A stretch of DNA of 64,000 nucleotides from Eledone cirrhosa (lineage: Eukaryota), in assembly GCA_964016885.1 (NCBI GenBank), contig OZ024745.1, positions 109,988,001 through 110,052,000 on the forward strand, written 5' to 3'. The notes beneath the pieces are model-generated. The model saw only the letters and a list, made by a program, of their open reading frames with translations. It had not been told where the DNA came from and ran no database searches. Shown one piece after another: positions 15,880-30,733 of this stretch (position 1 is the first letter of the stretch; each line of letters starts with the position of its first letter). The position numbers were made by a program, and so were the translations under genes.

Positions 15880-16540
15880 AAAACAGGAACGAGCCTATAG
15901 ATATCTAGGGATTAATGAAGGCCAAGGTATTCACCATGCCAAAATGAAAGAGAGAATCAGGAAGGAATGCTGTCTTGAAAACAGAGCATAACTCAAGAAA
16001 GAAATCATTTGCCATAAATGTGCTTACAATCAGAGTTGTCACATACAGTTTCAATATTATAAATTAGAACATTAATGAAATTAAGAGAAAGGACACAAAA
16101 ATCAGGAAACTTTTTACCTCTAATAGAATACATCACCCAAAAGCAGATGTGGATCACCTGTATCTCCCTAGACAAAATGGAAGTAGAGAAATGATCCAAC
16201 TCAAGCTGTCATCCAAGATATTGACCATTGGACTCGATCAGTACCATAAAACCAAAGATGACTGGATGATGAAAATGGATACAGTTCACAAAATGAAGAG
16301 GAGGTTACATTCAGTCACAAAGGTAAGTAGGAAGCTTGCAGAAGAATTGGGAATACAGTTTGAAAATGATGGCAATTCAGCAATTAAAGCTGCAAAGTAT
16401 ATCTGTGTTGGCAAAACATGAAGGCTAACAGAGACTGTGCACTAAATTGGAGCAAAAACCACTACATTGGACACTATGTTCTTTGTAGCAAAGAACCTGA
16501 TGTAGATCAGACTCTTTACCATCAGTGGCTGTGGAATTCT
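15880..16540 (+). pseudogene. Decayed non-LTR retrotransposon RT C-terminal fragment (R4/Dong-like)
   Basis: YRYLGINEGQGIHHAKMKERIRKE..AINVLTIRVVTYSFNIIN*..DTKIRKLFTSNRIHHPKADVDHLYLPRQNG. Confidence 0.75.
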
Positions 16541-17206
16541 TTTACTCACGACCCTTTAAACTTAAAAAAGAAGAAAAAAGTTAACATCTAATTAACTTCT
16601 TCAATGTGAATCCATTATTTATATTATCTATTGTTACTTACTCAGTATCAACACGACTAACCCTTTCATAAGTCAACAAATATTCATTAATGTGCCAACA
16701 CAAATACATTGATTAATAAAGACACAAATATGAGATGAACTAGGCACTAAGTTTACACATATTCCACAAGCTGGGCAAACTTTATTGGTATTGCAATTAA
16801 ACTAGCCTTTCTGGATACAGAAATGATTGAGCATAAAAATATCGTGAAGTGATCTATGAAATCAAAGATTTCTTTTAAATATTGCATGATGAAATAAAAG
16901 AAGAAAGTTATCATCCAATAATGGCAGGTAAGTTGTCTATGTTTATTAATATTATTTTGTTTTAAAATTTCAATTTCTGCACGCCATTACACACCAATAT
17001 ATCTATAGAAAGAAATACAAAAATATGCATAGTTTTACATATACAAACACATAGATACTCATAGTCCCCTCCACCACCACTTATGTGTATATATAATCTG
17101 TGTATGTATGTGTGTGTGTGTGCAAATTCTTTATATATAAATATACATATATACGTATATATATATCATCATTATCATCATCATCATTCAACGTCCATTT
17201 TCCCTG

Positions 17207-17237
<31 letters not shown>

Positions 17238-19946
17238 TACATATACACACATACATATATACCCTGTGATATTGTATAAATTTTTAAACAAAGCCAATCA
17301 ACCATTTTATTTGACTTCTATATTCCACTTTAATTAAAATTTTATGGATGTAGCTGCTCCTGGCTTTTTTCTTTCTTTCTTTCTTTTTTTTTTTGAGAAT
17401 AGAAAATCATATGATGAAAATATTATTTTGAAAGAAAGGGTCTTTCTTCTCTTCTATCCATAATTCATATGCAGATTAGAAAAAGATGGCTGATCAAAGG
17501 TACCACTTCCTGCCTGGGAAACAGAATTCAAATAACATCTTTTTAAAATTAGTGAATAGTATTTGCTGGGGCAGAGAAGAAAATATTTAAATATTGTAGA
17601 ACGCTATCTTGATATTAAAAATACTCTTTACTTCCTGAGTCAATGAGAGGGCCTCTTTATATCCACACACATTTCAAGAAATAGCTAAATCTCTCTCACA
17701 TAATACCCTAATATCTTAAAAGGGGTTGGACACATTGGTATAATATGATCCTAGTTACACTGTATTGAAAACAAAACATCTAAGATGGTGATGGCTGGAA
17801 TGCTTTTATTTTAAGTTTGCCTGATCATAGCAATATGAGTTGAACAATAATTCTTTATTCCTGTTTGGGTTTAATCCTTCTTCCTAATTTAACTATTTCT
17901 ATCATATGACTTCAGTGTCACCTTCTAAATATTCATAATGAGTGAATGAGAGAGCACTGACATGCTAGAAATAGCAACCAGATCTCCTTCAAATTGCACT
18001 TTAGGAAAAATTCCTCTGATATATTTGTCCTGAATAAAAGATGGGATGGGATGGTCACAGCGGGAATATGTTTGATCATATGTCTGCTGCACGATATTTG
18101 GTCTACAGTTAAACAATTACAACAATATAAGGATTTTTTAGATATATACACTGAAAAATAATAAAATCCTCTTTTATGACATAAATGTCACTATCATGAT
18201 TTTTCTCTTGTTCATAATTGCAAGTTGCAAAGAGAAATTTAAATTAGTTCCCAGGCTTAATTCACTGAGAACCAAACAGCAATTGTGTCTAATGGGAATT
18301 ACTAAAATATTGAATAATGATATTGCTTTTGTTAATGAAATCTCCCCCACATCCACACAAAAAAGACAATAATGTGTAAATTCCTGACTGGAATTTTTTG
18401 ACCTACATAACAAGGAGAGTAACTGGAAAATAATTCTAATCACTAAATATTTTAATGTAACAAAACAAAAAGAAATTAAATTTTAAAAAAATCAGTTTCT
18501 ATATGAAAAAAATATTTTTCAGCATTACAAAAGAAAATTTATAATAGTAGCAAGACTAACAACAAAGGCAGATTCCACTTCCATCAAAATAAATGCTACT
18601 AATAAGATCTGTATAGTCTCTCATAACCTTCCTTGTAAACTCTGCTATGACACAGTTTTGGGAGTTTGCAGATATTTTAACTTTATTCCATTAAACCTTT
18701 ATACATTAAGTGTATCTTCCTTTGGTCACTGTCAGTGACATTGATTTCTGAGTCAAATTATATTTCTTTAATTGTACTGAAGATCAGAATACTATTGTGG
18801 CATCCAAGACAGTGATTTTACTATGCATCAGAGACCTTACATCACTTTAAATAAATACCATTAGACTAATCAATATAAAAACGATCACCAACATGAGCTA
18901 ACCAGTGACACAAATATGTTTCATTCTTACACTGCTTTTTTCCTACTACTACAATGGCCTATACTCCTTGGAGTTAGCGGAACAAGGGTAGTTAGCCCAT
19001 TTGACTCACTCATCATCATCATCATCACCACCACCATTTAACGTCCATTTTCCATGCTTACATGGGTGGTCCACATCATGAGACAAGTCTAACCTGATTG
19101 ACCGCACCATACCTTGCTCAAAGACAACTGCAAATTTGGCCAGGATTTTTACAGTTTGATGTATTTCCTATCACCAAAGACATTTAATGTGTGGAACTAG
19201 ATGGCCCTTTTATGAGGAGGGACCAGCCAGTTGGCTACACCATACCCTGCTCACTGCAAAGCCATAGTTTGGGAGCTGCACATATATATATATATATATA
19301 TACAAAAAGTACCCAGCCCACACTGTAAAGTGGTCGGGTAGATGTCATAACAAAAAGCACCCAGTACTCACTCTAAATGTGGTTGGTATTAGGAAGAGCA
19401 TCTAGAAACCAAGCCCAAATCAGTTCTGTATGAGCAAGTCATGGACATCTGACCTGGCATTTCTCACAACAGGACATCTCATCTAACCCATGCTAGCATG
19501 GGCAAATGGACATTAAATGGTGATGATGATGATGATGATATATATATATGTGTGTGTGTGTGTAAAATATCTTTAAAAAGAACCTTACATTTCTTATAGA
19601 CAATGTTGATTAGACCGACACTCTTTTTGATTACCTGGAATCAGATCAGAATAAACTCTCTGCAAGGAATAATTCCAGTGTCTTCTTCATTTTCAATAAA
19701 GCCCATTACTACATATGTAGCAAACCTGGAGGCTAGGTTTAGCACATTGCCCAGTTTAACAGCAGACGGTCTTTGGTTGTCCTTAACAAAATACACATTG
19801 ATGCAAGTATTCAGACCAGATCCTCTGTTTTTTCTCACTCCTTATTTTCACTGCAGACATCATTATCATAATCATCATCATCTAGTGTCTACTTTCCCTG
19901 CCGTTAAAGGTTCGACATTGATCTATAAATGTTCCAGCTGGATATT

Positions 19947-20340
19947 GGAGGCACATGGCTTAGAGGTTAGAGCATTGGGCTTGCAATCGAAAGCTTGTGA
20001 GTTCAATTCTCAGACTGGGTGATGTGTTGTTTCCTTGAGCAAGATTCTTTTTTTCACATTGCTCCAGTTTACTCAGCTCTAGAAATGAGATGATAGGACT
20101 GGAGTCCCTATCATTCCACTGCAAAGTGGTCGTGGAGGTGCCACGGCAAAAAAGTACCCAGCCCACACTGTAAAGTGGACATGTAGGCGCCACGGAAAAA
20201 AAGCACACAGCACTTACTGTAAATGAGGTTGGTGTTAGGACGGGCACCCAGCTGTAGAAATCAAGCCAGAATCAGTTCCCGTCCCACCCTTGCAAGCAGG
20301 GAAAAGCGGACGTAAAATGATGATGATGATGATGATGATG
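19947..20340 (+). mobile_element. SINE family B (tRNA head, CORE-like domain, RTE-type tail)
   Basis: A-box tggcttagtgg, B-box gagttcaattc, CORE-like ttccttgagcaagacactttatttcacattgctccagtttactcagctgtagaaatg, and an (ATG)n tail. Confidence 0.85.
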
Positions 20341-20446
20341 TATCTACTAGTCAAGCAGGAATTGAAAATCTGATGGGCACACCCACTTCTTCCTCTAAGT
20401 AAATTAAAACGGTTTTGTATTAATATTAGAAAGTTTGAAATGAGTT

Positions 20447-21037
20447 CATCATCATCATCATCATTATCGTTTAACATCTATCTTCCACACTAGCATGGGT
20501 TAGATGGAGTTGTTAATAAAAAATCATAGTTTTTCTGTGCTATTAATCTATTCTTTAGAATGTTTATTTACAATATTAGAATGTATATTTACTGTATCAG
20601 TGGTCAAGTGGATGGGATCAATGTTACACATAGTTTAGAAATAAAGGTTTCTATTTGAAAGGGGTGGTGTGGATGGGGTGGGGGTAGTGGGACGGGGGTG
20701 TATTTTGTTAGAGGTGCCTACTGACTGTAGGTTTCGTTTTGTACTTAGGCAAGGCAGGTCTTCTGTATGACTGTGTAGCGCCAAAGATCTCGGTCCAGTG
20801 ACATTGGCTTGGAGAGGTGTAAGTGTGTGAGGTCGGAATTTATCAAGTCATCCCAGGTTTTTCTGGGTCTGCCTACTCCGTGGCTACAGTCTATTTTTAT
20901 CGCCCCGCACTTTTTTATACAGCTGTCGTCTTTCATGCGCATCATGTGACCATACCAACGTAGTCTTCTCTCGAGTAAACAACATCTGATCCCTCTTATT
21001 CCTAATTTCTCCCTTAGTTCGTTTATGTATACATCCA
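20447..21037 (-). mobile_element. RTE-clade LINE 3' fragment with (ATG)n tail
   Basis: ELREKLGIRGIRCCLLERRLRWYGHMMRM..GRPRKTWDDLI..DRDLWR, then the tail cccatgctagtgtggaagatagatgttaaacgat(aatg/gat)n. Confidence 0.8.
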
Positions 21038-22691
21038 AAATAAAGACACCTGGGGATGATCACAAATCAAACCATTAGTGTATACATACACAAACATATA
21101 TGTATACACACATTAATAGACTGGAAAATTACAATCTTATCCTAATTATCTTCACTGTAGTCTAATTGCAGAAGACATAGAATTCTGGAATGTCAAGCAC
21201 TCATGAAAATAACTTTTAGTAAAATCAGGTATATATTATAGATAAGGTAGAAATATATGTATTTCCAACTCAAACCACTTATCAGGTAATGGGCTTCTGT
21301 TCATAAGGAGTTTAACATCACATGGATGAAGGATCACAGTCAGAGTTATATATTCAATGTTGAGGCTTGGCAGATAAGACTTATTTATAGAAAAGTGCTA
21401 ATATGCTTGGTGGAGTAAGCCAGGAATTTTAATTACTTAAAATTACACCTATAGTTATGAGAGCAAAAAAAATCATTTTATTGTCTGATTCTTGTCAAAA
21501 AATTACAATTAATTGAATATTTTTTGAGTAATTTTGTGGAGAATATTGTGACATCATTGATGAAGCATGATCTTACCGTATTGCCAGATGTTAAAATATC
21601 TTGAGAAAATATAGGATTTCCAATACTGAATGACTGAGGAATGAAGATGATTGCTGGAACACTTTTAACTCCTTTGTTACATCTTAAAATGCCACCTGAT
21701 TCCATGACAAAAACTGTCCATTTACATACTAAAAGCTTCCATCATAATTTCATGGAAAAAATATTCATGTTCCAAACATCATCTTCGTAATGAAAAAGTT
21801 GGCTCTTTTGCTAAATTCCAACAAATTTTTGATTACTTTCAAGATTAATTGATATACATTGGCAGACTATTTTATTAGGTATATGGTGACAAAAGGATTG
21901 AATTATCTTCTACAGGCACTTAGCTTTTAATGCTAAGTTCATATCTTCTTAGGGGTGGCGAATTGGCAGTGTGGTTAAAATGACAGATATAATTCTTTGT
22001 GGTATTTATTCCAGCTCTCTCTGCTCTGAGTTTAAACCTGCTGAGGTAAACTTTTCTTTTCACCCTTTTGAGATCAATAAATAAATTATCAGTTCAGAAT
22101 TGAGTAGATATTCTCTCTCTGGAAGAAATTGGCTGTGTCCCAGCCTGGAGAAGAGATGGGCTTTGCCAGGTTTAAAAGGTCCAGGACATATTGTATGTCA
22201 TTACAGTGCCCCTACAATTCCATAGGGAGTTACTGGTCTATATATATATATATACTCATATCTTCCTAACAAAACAATTGTTAATTTTCCGTCGATACTC
22301 CTTAAAGTATTGGATGAGTAATCTCAATCATTTCTCTGACATTCTATTAACTTCCCCTGATGAGAAACTTATTTATTGAATGATTCTTTCTATGTATTCC
22401 TTTTCATCTCTTTACATTTCCCCATTCTACACATGAACATTTTGAAACTTACTGCTGATTCATGTATGATATTTCATCCAAATAATAATGGTTTCTAACA
22501 TTAGCATAAGGTGAAGCAGTTTTAGAGAAGATAAGTATAACTGATTAAATTTCCAGTAATTGACTGACACTTAATGCATTAAGTACAGTCATGTATGTGT
22601 TGATGAAAATCAAAAAGAATCTTTGTAGGATTTGAACTCAGAATACAAAGTGATGCCTCTATGTGGCACAAAGTATTTAGATATATCTAGA

Positions 22692-22882
22692 TAACTGTTT
22701 CTACGGTAGGCACAAGGCCAGCAATTACCCAGTGTATTACTGGTACTTTATTTTATCGACCCTGTAAGGATGAAAGGCAAAGTTAACCTCGGCGGGATTT
22801 GAACTCAGAATGGCAAGGGCCGTAACTCTATGCATCAAAGCATGACGTCCGACCCTCTACCAATACTGCCAACCCTCCGCCT
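22692..22882 (-). mobile_element. SINE family A
   Basis: Full copy; TSD-like tagataac flanks. Confidence 0.85.
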
Positions 22883-25269
22883 ATATATATATAGATAACA
22901 TAATGTACTCTGCTGTTCCTGTTCACTCAATGCAATTTTGTACAACTGTAATAATTTCTAACAAGGATTAGATTTCAAGATAGGAAGTAGAGGGAGGTAA
23001 CTAGATACCAAAATGCTTTTTTTAATCACATTCTAACAATTTTACAATCCTCTATCATTTTCAGTTCATACTTAAACTAGGAATCAAACCATGTCACAAG
23101 GATGAAGGCTAAGGGCACTAATTACTAAATCTTATTGGGTGTAACAACAATGAATATTGTTTCTAATTGACACACATCATCGTCAGTCATCATCATTACC
23201 ATTTAATGTCTATTTTCCATGCTTGCATAGGTGAGATAGTCTGGCCAGATTGGTGGTACTGGAGCTGTAAATTTGTCTGGGATTTTTACAACTGGATGTC
23301 CTTCCTGACACCAACCACATGGCAGCAAATTTAGAAGAAAAGTCAATTAAACCAACCCTAGTACTTGATTGGTACTTTATTTTTAAAATCCTAAAAGGAT
23401 GAAAGGCAAAGCCAACTGCAGCCAGCTAAATTTGGATTTAAAACTTAGAGTCACGACTTAATACAGCAAAACATTTTTTCTGATGCTCTAATAATTCTGG
23501 ATCTTTAGTGTCTAATACAATAGTTATTCTTTGACATACTTTTGATAAACCACTATATCATCATCATTTTATATCTGCTTTCTAGCTAATTACAATTCTT
23601 AATTATGTTATTTGTATCATATTTAGAATGATACCAAATTGTCCAAAACTATCCCTAGTTCTGATACAAAACATCCCTGTTTTAAAATGTCTATATCTAA
23701 ATTGAAGCTACTCTTCATAATTCTATGTAGGAATATTTTGTTTTGTTCCAGACCACAGCTATTTTACTAAATCTCTCCGAGTACTTGGTTATTTTTAATT
23801 TATTTCAAAAGTAAAAGCAGTATATTTCCATAAAAATATGATACCAAAGGGGTTAATTCTCTATATTTGTAATAAAATTTATTTAATACGTTTTATAAAA
23901 TAAAGTAATAAGATTTTTCTTCATGTTTTGTTATTCCTCATTAAAAATTACATACCATTTCTTAGAGAATTAAATAATTTTGAAGCAGCAGCCTGTTTTT
24001 GTAAAATATGCTTTTATCTCAGTTACCTAAAATTATATTTCAGGAAAAGAAATCTTAAAAGCTTCTAACTATTTGGAAAAGAAAAAGTCTTAAAATTTAA
24101 AAGATGGTCCAAAAATATATTTAAAACATCAAAAACTCAGAAATATTCCCAAGTTACACACAAAAAAAAAGGAAAATTTAATGAAAATAATTTTTAAAAA
24201 TATGTATGTAAATATAATCAAAATAGAGTTTTTGTTTAATAGTTTTATCATTGCCCTTGTCATTTTTAAATGGCACTCATGAAAATGTTTTCTATGAGTC
24301 AAAGTAAATTCCTTAGTTTCTGTTAAACTTTGACACTTCTGACAGATAACAATTCTTATTTAATGGCTGTCTTCTTGATCATTGACTTTGTTCCTGATTT
24401 TGATTATCTCATTTCAAAGAATGATTTCTAACTGTCAATCTTTGTCGCAATTATGTGACACCGGATGTTTGTTACATAAAAGGAAGCATAATCATAAAGA
24501 ACACATCATAATCACCATCATCAATATGATAAAGATGATAAAAACACTGATGACACAGATGTTAATAAAGTTGTTGATATTATTACTGTTATTGTTTGTT
24601 GTTGTTATGATGATGCTGTGGAATAAAATATTGATTATCACAAAACTAATATTGAAGAGCAAAAATGGGAAGGGGTAGAGAATGAATACTGTAGCAATGT
24701 TATTCCTCTGAGTAATTTTCTTCTTTTTTTTTTAAACATCACAGAGTTTAAGGAAATGGTACTATATTTATGCTCCTATTAAGGTTTTAACCCTTTCATA
24801 ACAATATTTCTAATGTGTTTCAATTAATTTTGAAAATAAGTAGAAATCTGAAAGAATTTAGTAAAATATCTAATGCTTTTGTTACTAAAACTGTGTCTGG
24901 AGCATTACTTAATAAAAAATATCTTATATAAAATTATGAGGGAAGATTTTAAAATAAGTAAGAACACTTTAACCTGAATAGTTTCTTGATGTTTGGTATC
25001 AAAAAAGTTAAAGGTATAAACAAAGTAAATCCAATATTTACACAGAATCTCAGATTGTACTAGAGTACCAACTGCAATAGCTGAACGTATTAGTTGTAAA
25101 AGATATAGTTTTAGTGCAATAAAGCTACAGTAGAAACTGATTAAACACTTTGTAATAATCCATATGTCCAGCATTTCATATACAAATCATAAAAGTTGCT
25201 TGCTGCTATATTTTCATTATGCTCATATTACAATAACTTTTCTATTCAGTTTTGCTTTCTTGAAATAAC

Positions 25270-25453
25270 TGTTTCTACTTTTTGGCACAAGGCCAGCAAT
25301 TACCCAGTGCATTACTGGTACTTTATTTTATCGACCCCGTAAGGATGAAAGGCAAAGTCAACCTCAGCGGGATTTGAATTCAGATCGTTAAGGGACGTAA
25401 CTATGCTGGAAAGCATGGCATCCGACCCTCTACCAATACTGCCAATCCACCGC
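25270..25453 (-). mobile_element. SINE family A
   Basis: Full copy with TSD ctttcttgaaataac. Confidence 0.9.
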
Positions 25454-26144
25454 TTTCTTGAAATAACATTAGTTGTTATTGTTGTTAATGGCGACGGTGG
25501 GTGTGATGGTATTTATTAGCTTCCTAGTCACTCTTGAATGAGAAAATCTACAATCAAAGGTATTCCAGCCATGATCATCCCATCTTTTATTCAGACATAG
25601 TGTATTTAGGTCTACATTATTTAATATGTCCTTCCTTTATGTTGTTGTTTAACCTTAGGTCAGTCAAGATCTAACGGAACTATGATTAAAAACATTCCAT
25701 TTATGACCATCATATTTTTTTGTATATCAGGGACTAGATTTTCTAATAAATCCTTCCGTCTTTAAGATGGTTGTGTATAAAGGAGGTTTGTCTGCCATTT
25801 CTAACAGGTCACATGTCTATATAGAGGCTCTATTTTGCTGGGAAATTACTAGACACTTTTGATAGATGTGGCTGTAGTAGCAACATATGGATATGGCGAA
25901 TAGTCAACAGACTGGTAAAAAAGAACAACACAATTAAAAGAAATATGGCAGGAAGTGAAGGATATCTGAAAAGAATGGTGAGAAATGTCTGAAGAAATGT
26001 TTGCAAAAATATGCATGCTTAACTATGAGACGTTTATGAATGTACATCTTTTAGGTTTGTAGGGATAATAGCTAAGTGTAATGAAATAGTAAAACTGATG
26101 TGAAGTCATTACAAAAGAAATACAGGGACAAGAAGGATTTGTTT

Positions 26145-26805
26145 TGCAGGTTTTTTTCATACGTTGAAAGGTTTTGATAGAGTTCTATGTGAAGTAGTGA
26201 CATGAACATTTAGAGAGTTGGGAATAAAGGAATGGTTTGTTTGTACAATGATGACAGTATATGGGAAAGTGGATATAGTCATAAGGACAGAATACAAAAA
26301 CAATGACAAGTTTAAAGGGAAGTTTGAGGTATATCAATGATCAGTATTAAGCCCAATACTATTTGTAGTTGTAATGGAGATACTGGCCTAAAGTGTAAGG
26401 GAGGGTTTACCACAGGAATTGTTGTATGCAGATGATCTGGTGTTAATAGCAGAGAGTGTGGCTGGACTGAAGGAAAAGATGAATAGATAGAAGCAATGTA
26501 TGGAGAGAAAGGGTATGAATGTGAAAATTGTAAAGATGGTGATGGCAAGTGATAAAGATTTTGGTAAGATGGAAAGAACTGAAAAAAGGTCATGTGCAGG
26601 AAGGGTGATAGAGTGAACTCCATTAAATGTACAATATGTTCTGGGAAAGTACATAAGAAAATTAGCAGTATGAAGGGATTATTAAATAATGTGGAAGATA
26701 CATTTAAGCTGGATCTCAGGAATGACGTAAAAACATTTTGTTACTTTGGAGACAGGCTGAAAGGAGAGGGTGAATGAGATTCTGTAACAGTTTCTAGAAT
26801 AAAAT
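26145..26805 (+). pseudogene. Highly decayed RTE-clade RT fragment
   Basis: Remnants EKxFDRV, LPQELLYADDLVLIAES, NSIKCTICSGKVHKK and FCYFGD. Confidence 0.75.
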
Positions 26806-26929
26806 GTACTGTATATATTTGGATTAGAGCAGCTGCTGTACACAAACATTCTAGATTATAGAAATGAAAGTGAGATCCAGTCAACTGGTAAAGCATCACT
26901 GATCCAGCATAATTGCTAATACACTAATA

Positions 26930-27452
26930 TCTATATATATAAAACTGAGGATGTCTGTCTGTGAGTTTGAATCCATAAAACTCGAGAAGTACCCAACCGA
27001 TGTTTTTCAAACTTTACATATGCATTACTTATGTTTCAGGGAGTATTATGCATATAAAATTCAACTTTTTGATCCCCTAGGGTCCGCATTAGGTGAAGAA
27101 CTGCGTTTTTTCAGCTTTTTAGGGGTTTTCTGAGGCGTTACGTCAGACCAATTTCCTTGAAATTGTAACTATGTATTAGTCAGTCTCTTCTTCATACCGT
27201 GAGCAAAGAAAATCTAACTTTTTTATGGCCTAGGGCCCGCATTAGGTGAAAAACTTCATTTTTTTCAGCTTTTTAGGGCTTTTTTGAGGCGTTACATCTA
27301 AATCGCATTCACAGATATTTCCCTTGGAATATAAGTATTCGGTTTATTTTCTTTACATATTGTCCAGGCATGTAGTTTTTCCACGATTAGGTCTGTTGGC
27401 GGCCTGCGTTCCAAAATACCTTATCCCGTGCAACGCCGGGTACCACTGCTAG
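26930..27452 (+). mobile_element. Non-autonomous Helitron (same family as 36459-37075)
   Basis: A|TCtatatatataaaactgagg ... cccgtgcaacgccgggtaccactgCTAG|T. It has two internal subrepeats. Confidence 0.9.
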
Positions 27453-28530
27453 TACTTTATACATCTAAACCATCTACCAAAAAACAACAGTTTAGGCTTC
27501 CTCAAAAATTGCAATTTTATTCAACCATATTTCCCTTTCTCATCTTCAACTGTGCATTTGTTCAAACCTCCATCCCTAGAATTATAATACACTGGTATTT
27601 CCTCCTTGGTCATGTTTTTCTAATAGGCAGCAGTAGCTGAAGTTAAGAATCAACCATATTGAATTCACCAGTCAGGAAGGCTTGCAATGGCTATGGGCTG
27701 TTTTACCCCACTTCAGACTAAAATATAACAAATAAACAAACAGTGCCTTGGTTGAGATAGTTGATATCATTTGATTCCTCATATTCTAGCCTAAATTGTT
27801 TTATATCTATCCTTTGAGATCTAACTTCAATAAAAAGAAAAGATGGAGAGAAATCAGATTACCTTAAAAATGTGGTACAACAGAGTCCCAAAATCTAGTT
27901 TTAGATGGCGTGATAATACTGATATAAATAGTAAAGTATTTCCAAAGATGTGGATAATTTCTAGAAGGTAATAGTTCAAAATTTCAGTTTAAAAACGTCT
28001 ATGTCTATAAAACAAGACATAGTATGAGATCTAATTTGTAGACTAAACAATTTTCTTCTCCATAACTAAATAAATGAGTGAAAACTGAAGAGAAGCACCT
28101 AAACATTTACACATGAAATGAAATTCAGTAAATGATTAAATACCTGTTCTGGTTTCCCTCAGATCTAAATATAAATTTGGTGTTTGTCCAGCCAATAAAT
28201 CAAAGCTGGCGTGGCTGAGAATTTTGTGTAGTGGATTTAACTTCACCATTTTGCCAACAGTCCCAGTTTGTCTTATTTTTAATCTGCTACCTAGCTGTGT
28301 TACCATTTTTTAACAATGTCCGTATTGTCAAGTAAATGCTGTAAGAGCTAATCAATTTGAAATGGGAGGTGCTGGTTCAATGCCAATTCACATACAAGAT
28401 TTACTTGACTTACCTGCTTGAGATCTATAAGTAATGAAGAGTTGCTTTGTAGTAAAAACATTTTACTGTTGCATAATAGTCTTAGGTAGTATGTTCTATG
28501 ACATTTCTAAATATTTAGTTATTTCTCCAG

Positions 28531-28608
28531 CATAATAGAAATAACTTTAAAATGTCAAGGAAATTTTGTAGTTGAAACAAAAATAAATTTTGTGTTTCTC
28601 TATTCAAG
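28531..28608 (+). other. Candidate 78-nt internal exon (unverified)
   Basis: ttctaa..atttctccag| ... caag|gtaagt. The length is divisible by 3 and one frame is open (IIEITLKCQGNFVVETKINFVFLYS). I do not recognise the peptide. Confidence 0.25.
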
Positions 28609-28771
28609 GTAAGTAACTAAATTTCCTTCCAACAAAATCTCAATTAATAGCTTTGCTGTCTGAATGATGTTTGTTTTTATTAATAACACAGAGAAATAAA
28701 AGCAAAATCTAAGTCCTTATCGGATTTTCTAAGACTGAGTAGTGATATGGTTGCAGGATACTATTACAACC

Positions 28772-29163
28772 ATTGGCAGTATGGGTAGAGCATCAGACAA
28801 CATGCTTAGTGGCAATGAGTTATGGTCCTTTACGTTCTGAGTTCAAATCCCACCAAGGTTATCTTTGTCTTTCATCCTTATGGGGTCGATAAAATAAAGT
28901 ACCAATAATGCACTGGGGCCGATATAATTGACTTTCTCTTTCCCTTTCCCCCAAAATTGTTGGTCTTGTGCCGAAACCATTATTACAAGTATCGGTAGAG
29001 GGTCGGACGCCATGCGTTGACACATAGATATACGGCCCTTGCCATTCTGAGTTCAAATTCCACCGAGGTTAACTTTGCCTTTCATCCTTACGGGGTCGAT
29101 AAAATAAAGTACCAGTAATACACTGGGCAATTGCTGGCCTTGTGCCAAAAGTAGAAACAATTA
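28772..29163 (+). mobile_element. Two tandem SINE A copies
   Basis: 28772-28980 (long subfamily) and 28988-29163. Confidence 0.85.
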
Positions 29164-30196
29164 TTACAGCCATTTTTATTTAGTTTGTTATAAAATGAAG
29201 GAGTCTCTACTTGGTTGTCCCCTCAAACCACACTATAGAATTCGACTGTACCATTGCTCAAAGAATAGAAGGGATGGTCATGGCTTGAATGCCTTTAATG
29301 ACAGTTGAATCAGCACTGACTTAGGGCTAAACAACAACAACAGGGAAAAATTGAGATAACAGCTCAGTTGAGCTTCTGAGAGTTGACTTGAGTAAGGATA
29401 TGACCTGACTTTAGATGCTACCTTGTATGTTAGATATGTAAAGAGAACTTTAATCAATTGAGCAGTTGTGCTTTGAAATACATTTACAAAAGATTATCAA
29501 TTGCAAGAGAGAGAGAGGGGTTGGCTTTGTGTTGTTCATGAGTTGGTGAGAATATGAATATTGTTCATGTTTATCCTTCATATGAATAACTTTTCTTTGT
29601 GTTAATAATCTTTATGAGGTTTAATTGTAACAGGTATTTAGGATTAGGAATTTAAATATCAAAGAGAGAGTATGATCTATAACTAGGGGAAAATTATAGA
29701 AAAAAACCCACTGCGCCTCTCCATTCTTAACCCAAAAGGTATTCCACAGAAAGATCAAATATGTTTATGTATATATGAATAGTTACACTTGCATTATTTT
29801 CCCTAATTATTAAATGCATTCTCTTGAGCTTTGATTTTTAACTACAAACTTCCTTCAAGACTAAATGTTTTCATATGCTAAATTTATTAATACATATCTA
29901 GCAGTAAACATTGAAAATTAATATTTTATAAAACATACATACGCATGCACATATATAAAAGGGAGGAGGATTCAAGGACATGCAATTTAAAAGTGGCAAG
30001 GTAATTAATAATTAACAAGCTGAGTAGAGGAATTTAATCAGGTAAATAGCACGAGAGACATATAGGTGATACGTTAGTTAATCAAAAGGATGGAATGTTC
30101 ATTATAGTAAAACAACAGAAAGAACATACATCTAGCTCAAGGCTAGACTAGATTTTAGAAGCACTAAATATATTTTTCTTCTAATGTGGAGAAAGG

Positions 30197-30234
<38 letters not shown>

Positions 30235-30383
30235 GAACACTGGAGGGTTATATCTGTAGTAGTGGAGGACTCAGTCTATTGGACAAGTTTGGTAGAAGTA
30301 GTTCCACAACAGTTAATTCACCATTTCCGAAACCAATTTGTTTCACCTTAGACAGATCATCAGCTCAGTTTAAATGAAATGAA

Positions 30384-30733
30384 AGGCACATGGCTTAGTG
30401 GTTAGAGCATTGGCCTTGCAATCGAAAGGTTGTGAGTTCAATTCTCAGACTGGGTGATGTGTTGCTTCCTTGAGAAAGACACTTTATTTCACATTGCTCC
30501 AGTTTACTCAGCTGTAGAAATGAGATGATAGGGACTGGGGTCCCTATCATTCCACTGCAAAGTGGTCGTGGAGGTGCCACGGCAAAAAAAAAGCACCCAC
30601 CACTCACTGTAAATGAGGTTGGTGTTAGGAAGGGCATCCAGCTGTAGAAATCAAGCCAGAATCAGTTCCCGTCGCACCCTTGCAAGCAGGGAAAAAGCGG
30701 ACGTAAAATGAAATGATGAAATGATGATGATGA
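30384..30733 (+). mobile_element. SINE family B
   Basis: Near-identical to the 52456 copy. Confidence 0.9.

Noticed and set aside
22357-22370. CTGATGAGAAAC (similar CTGATGA hits at 50585 and 62318)
   Set aside because: No room for stem II, or no correctly placed GAAA/UH.
30384-30455. tRNA-like sequences with A/B boxes
   Set aside because: They are SINE heads that continue directly into SINE bodies. I found no complete cloverleaf.
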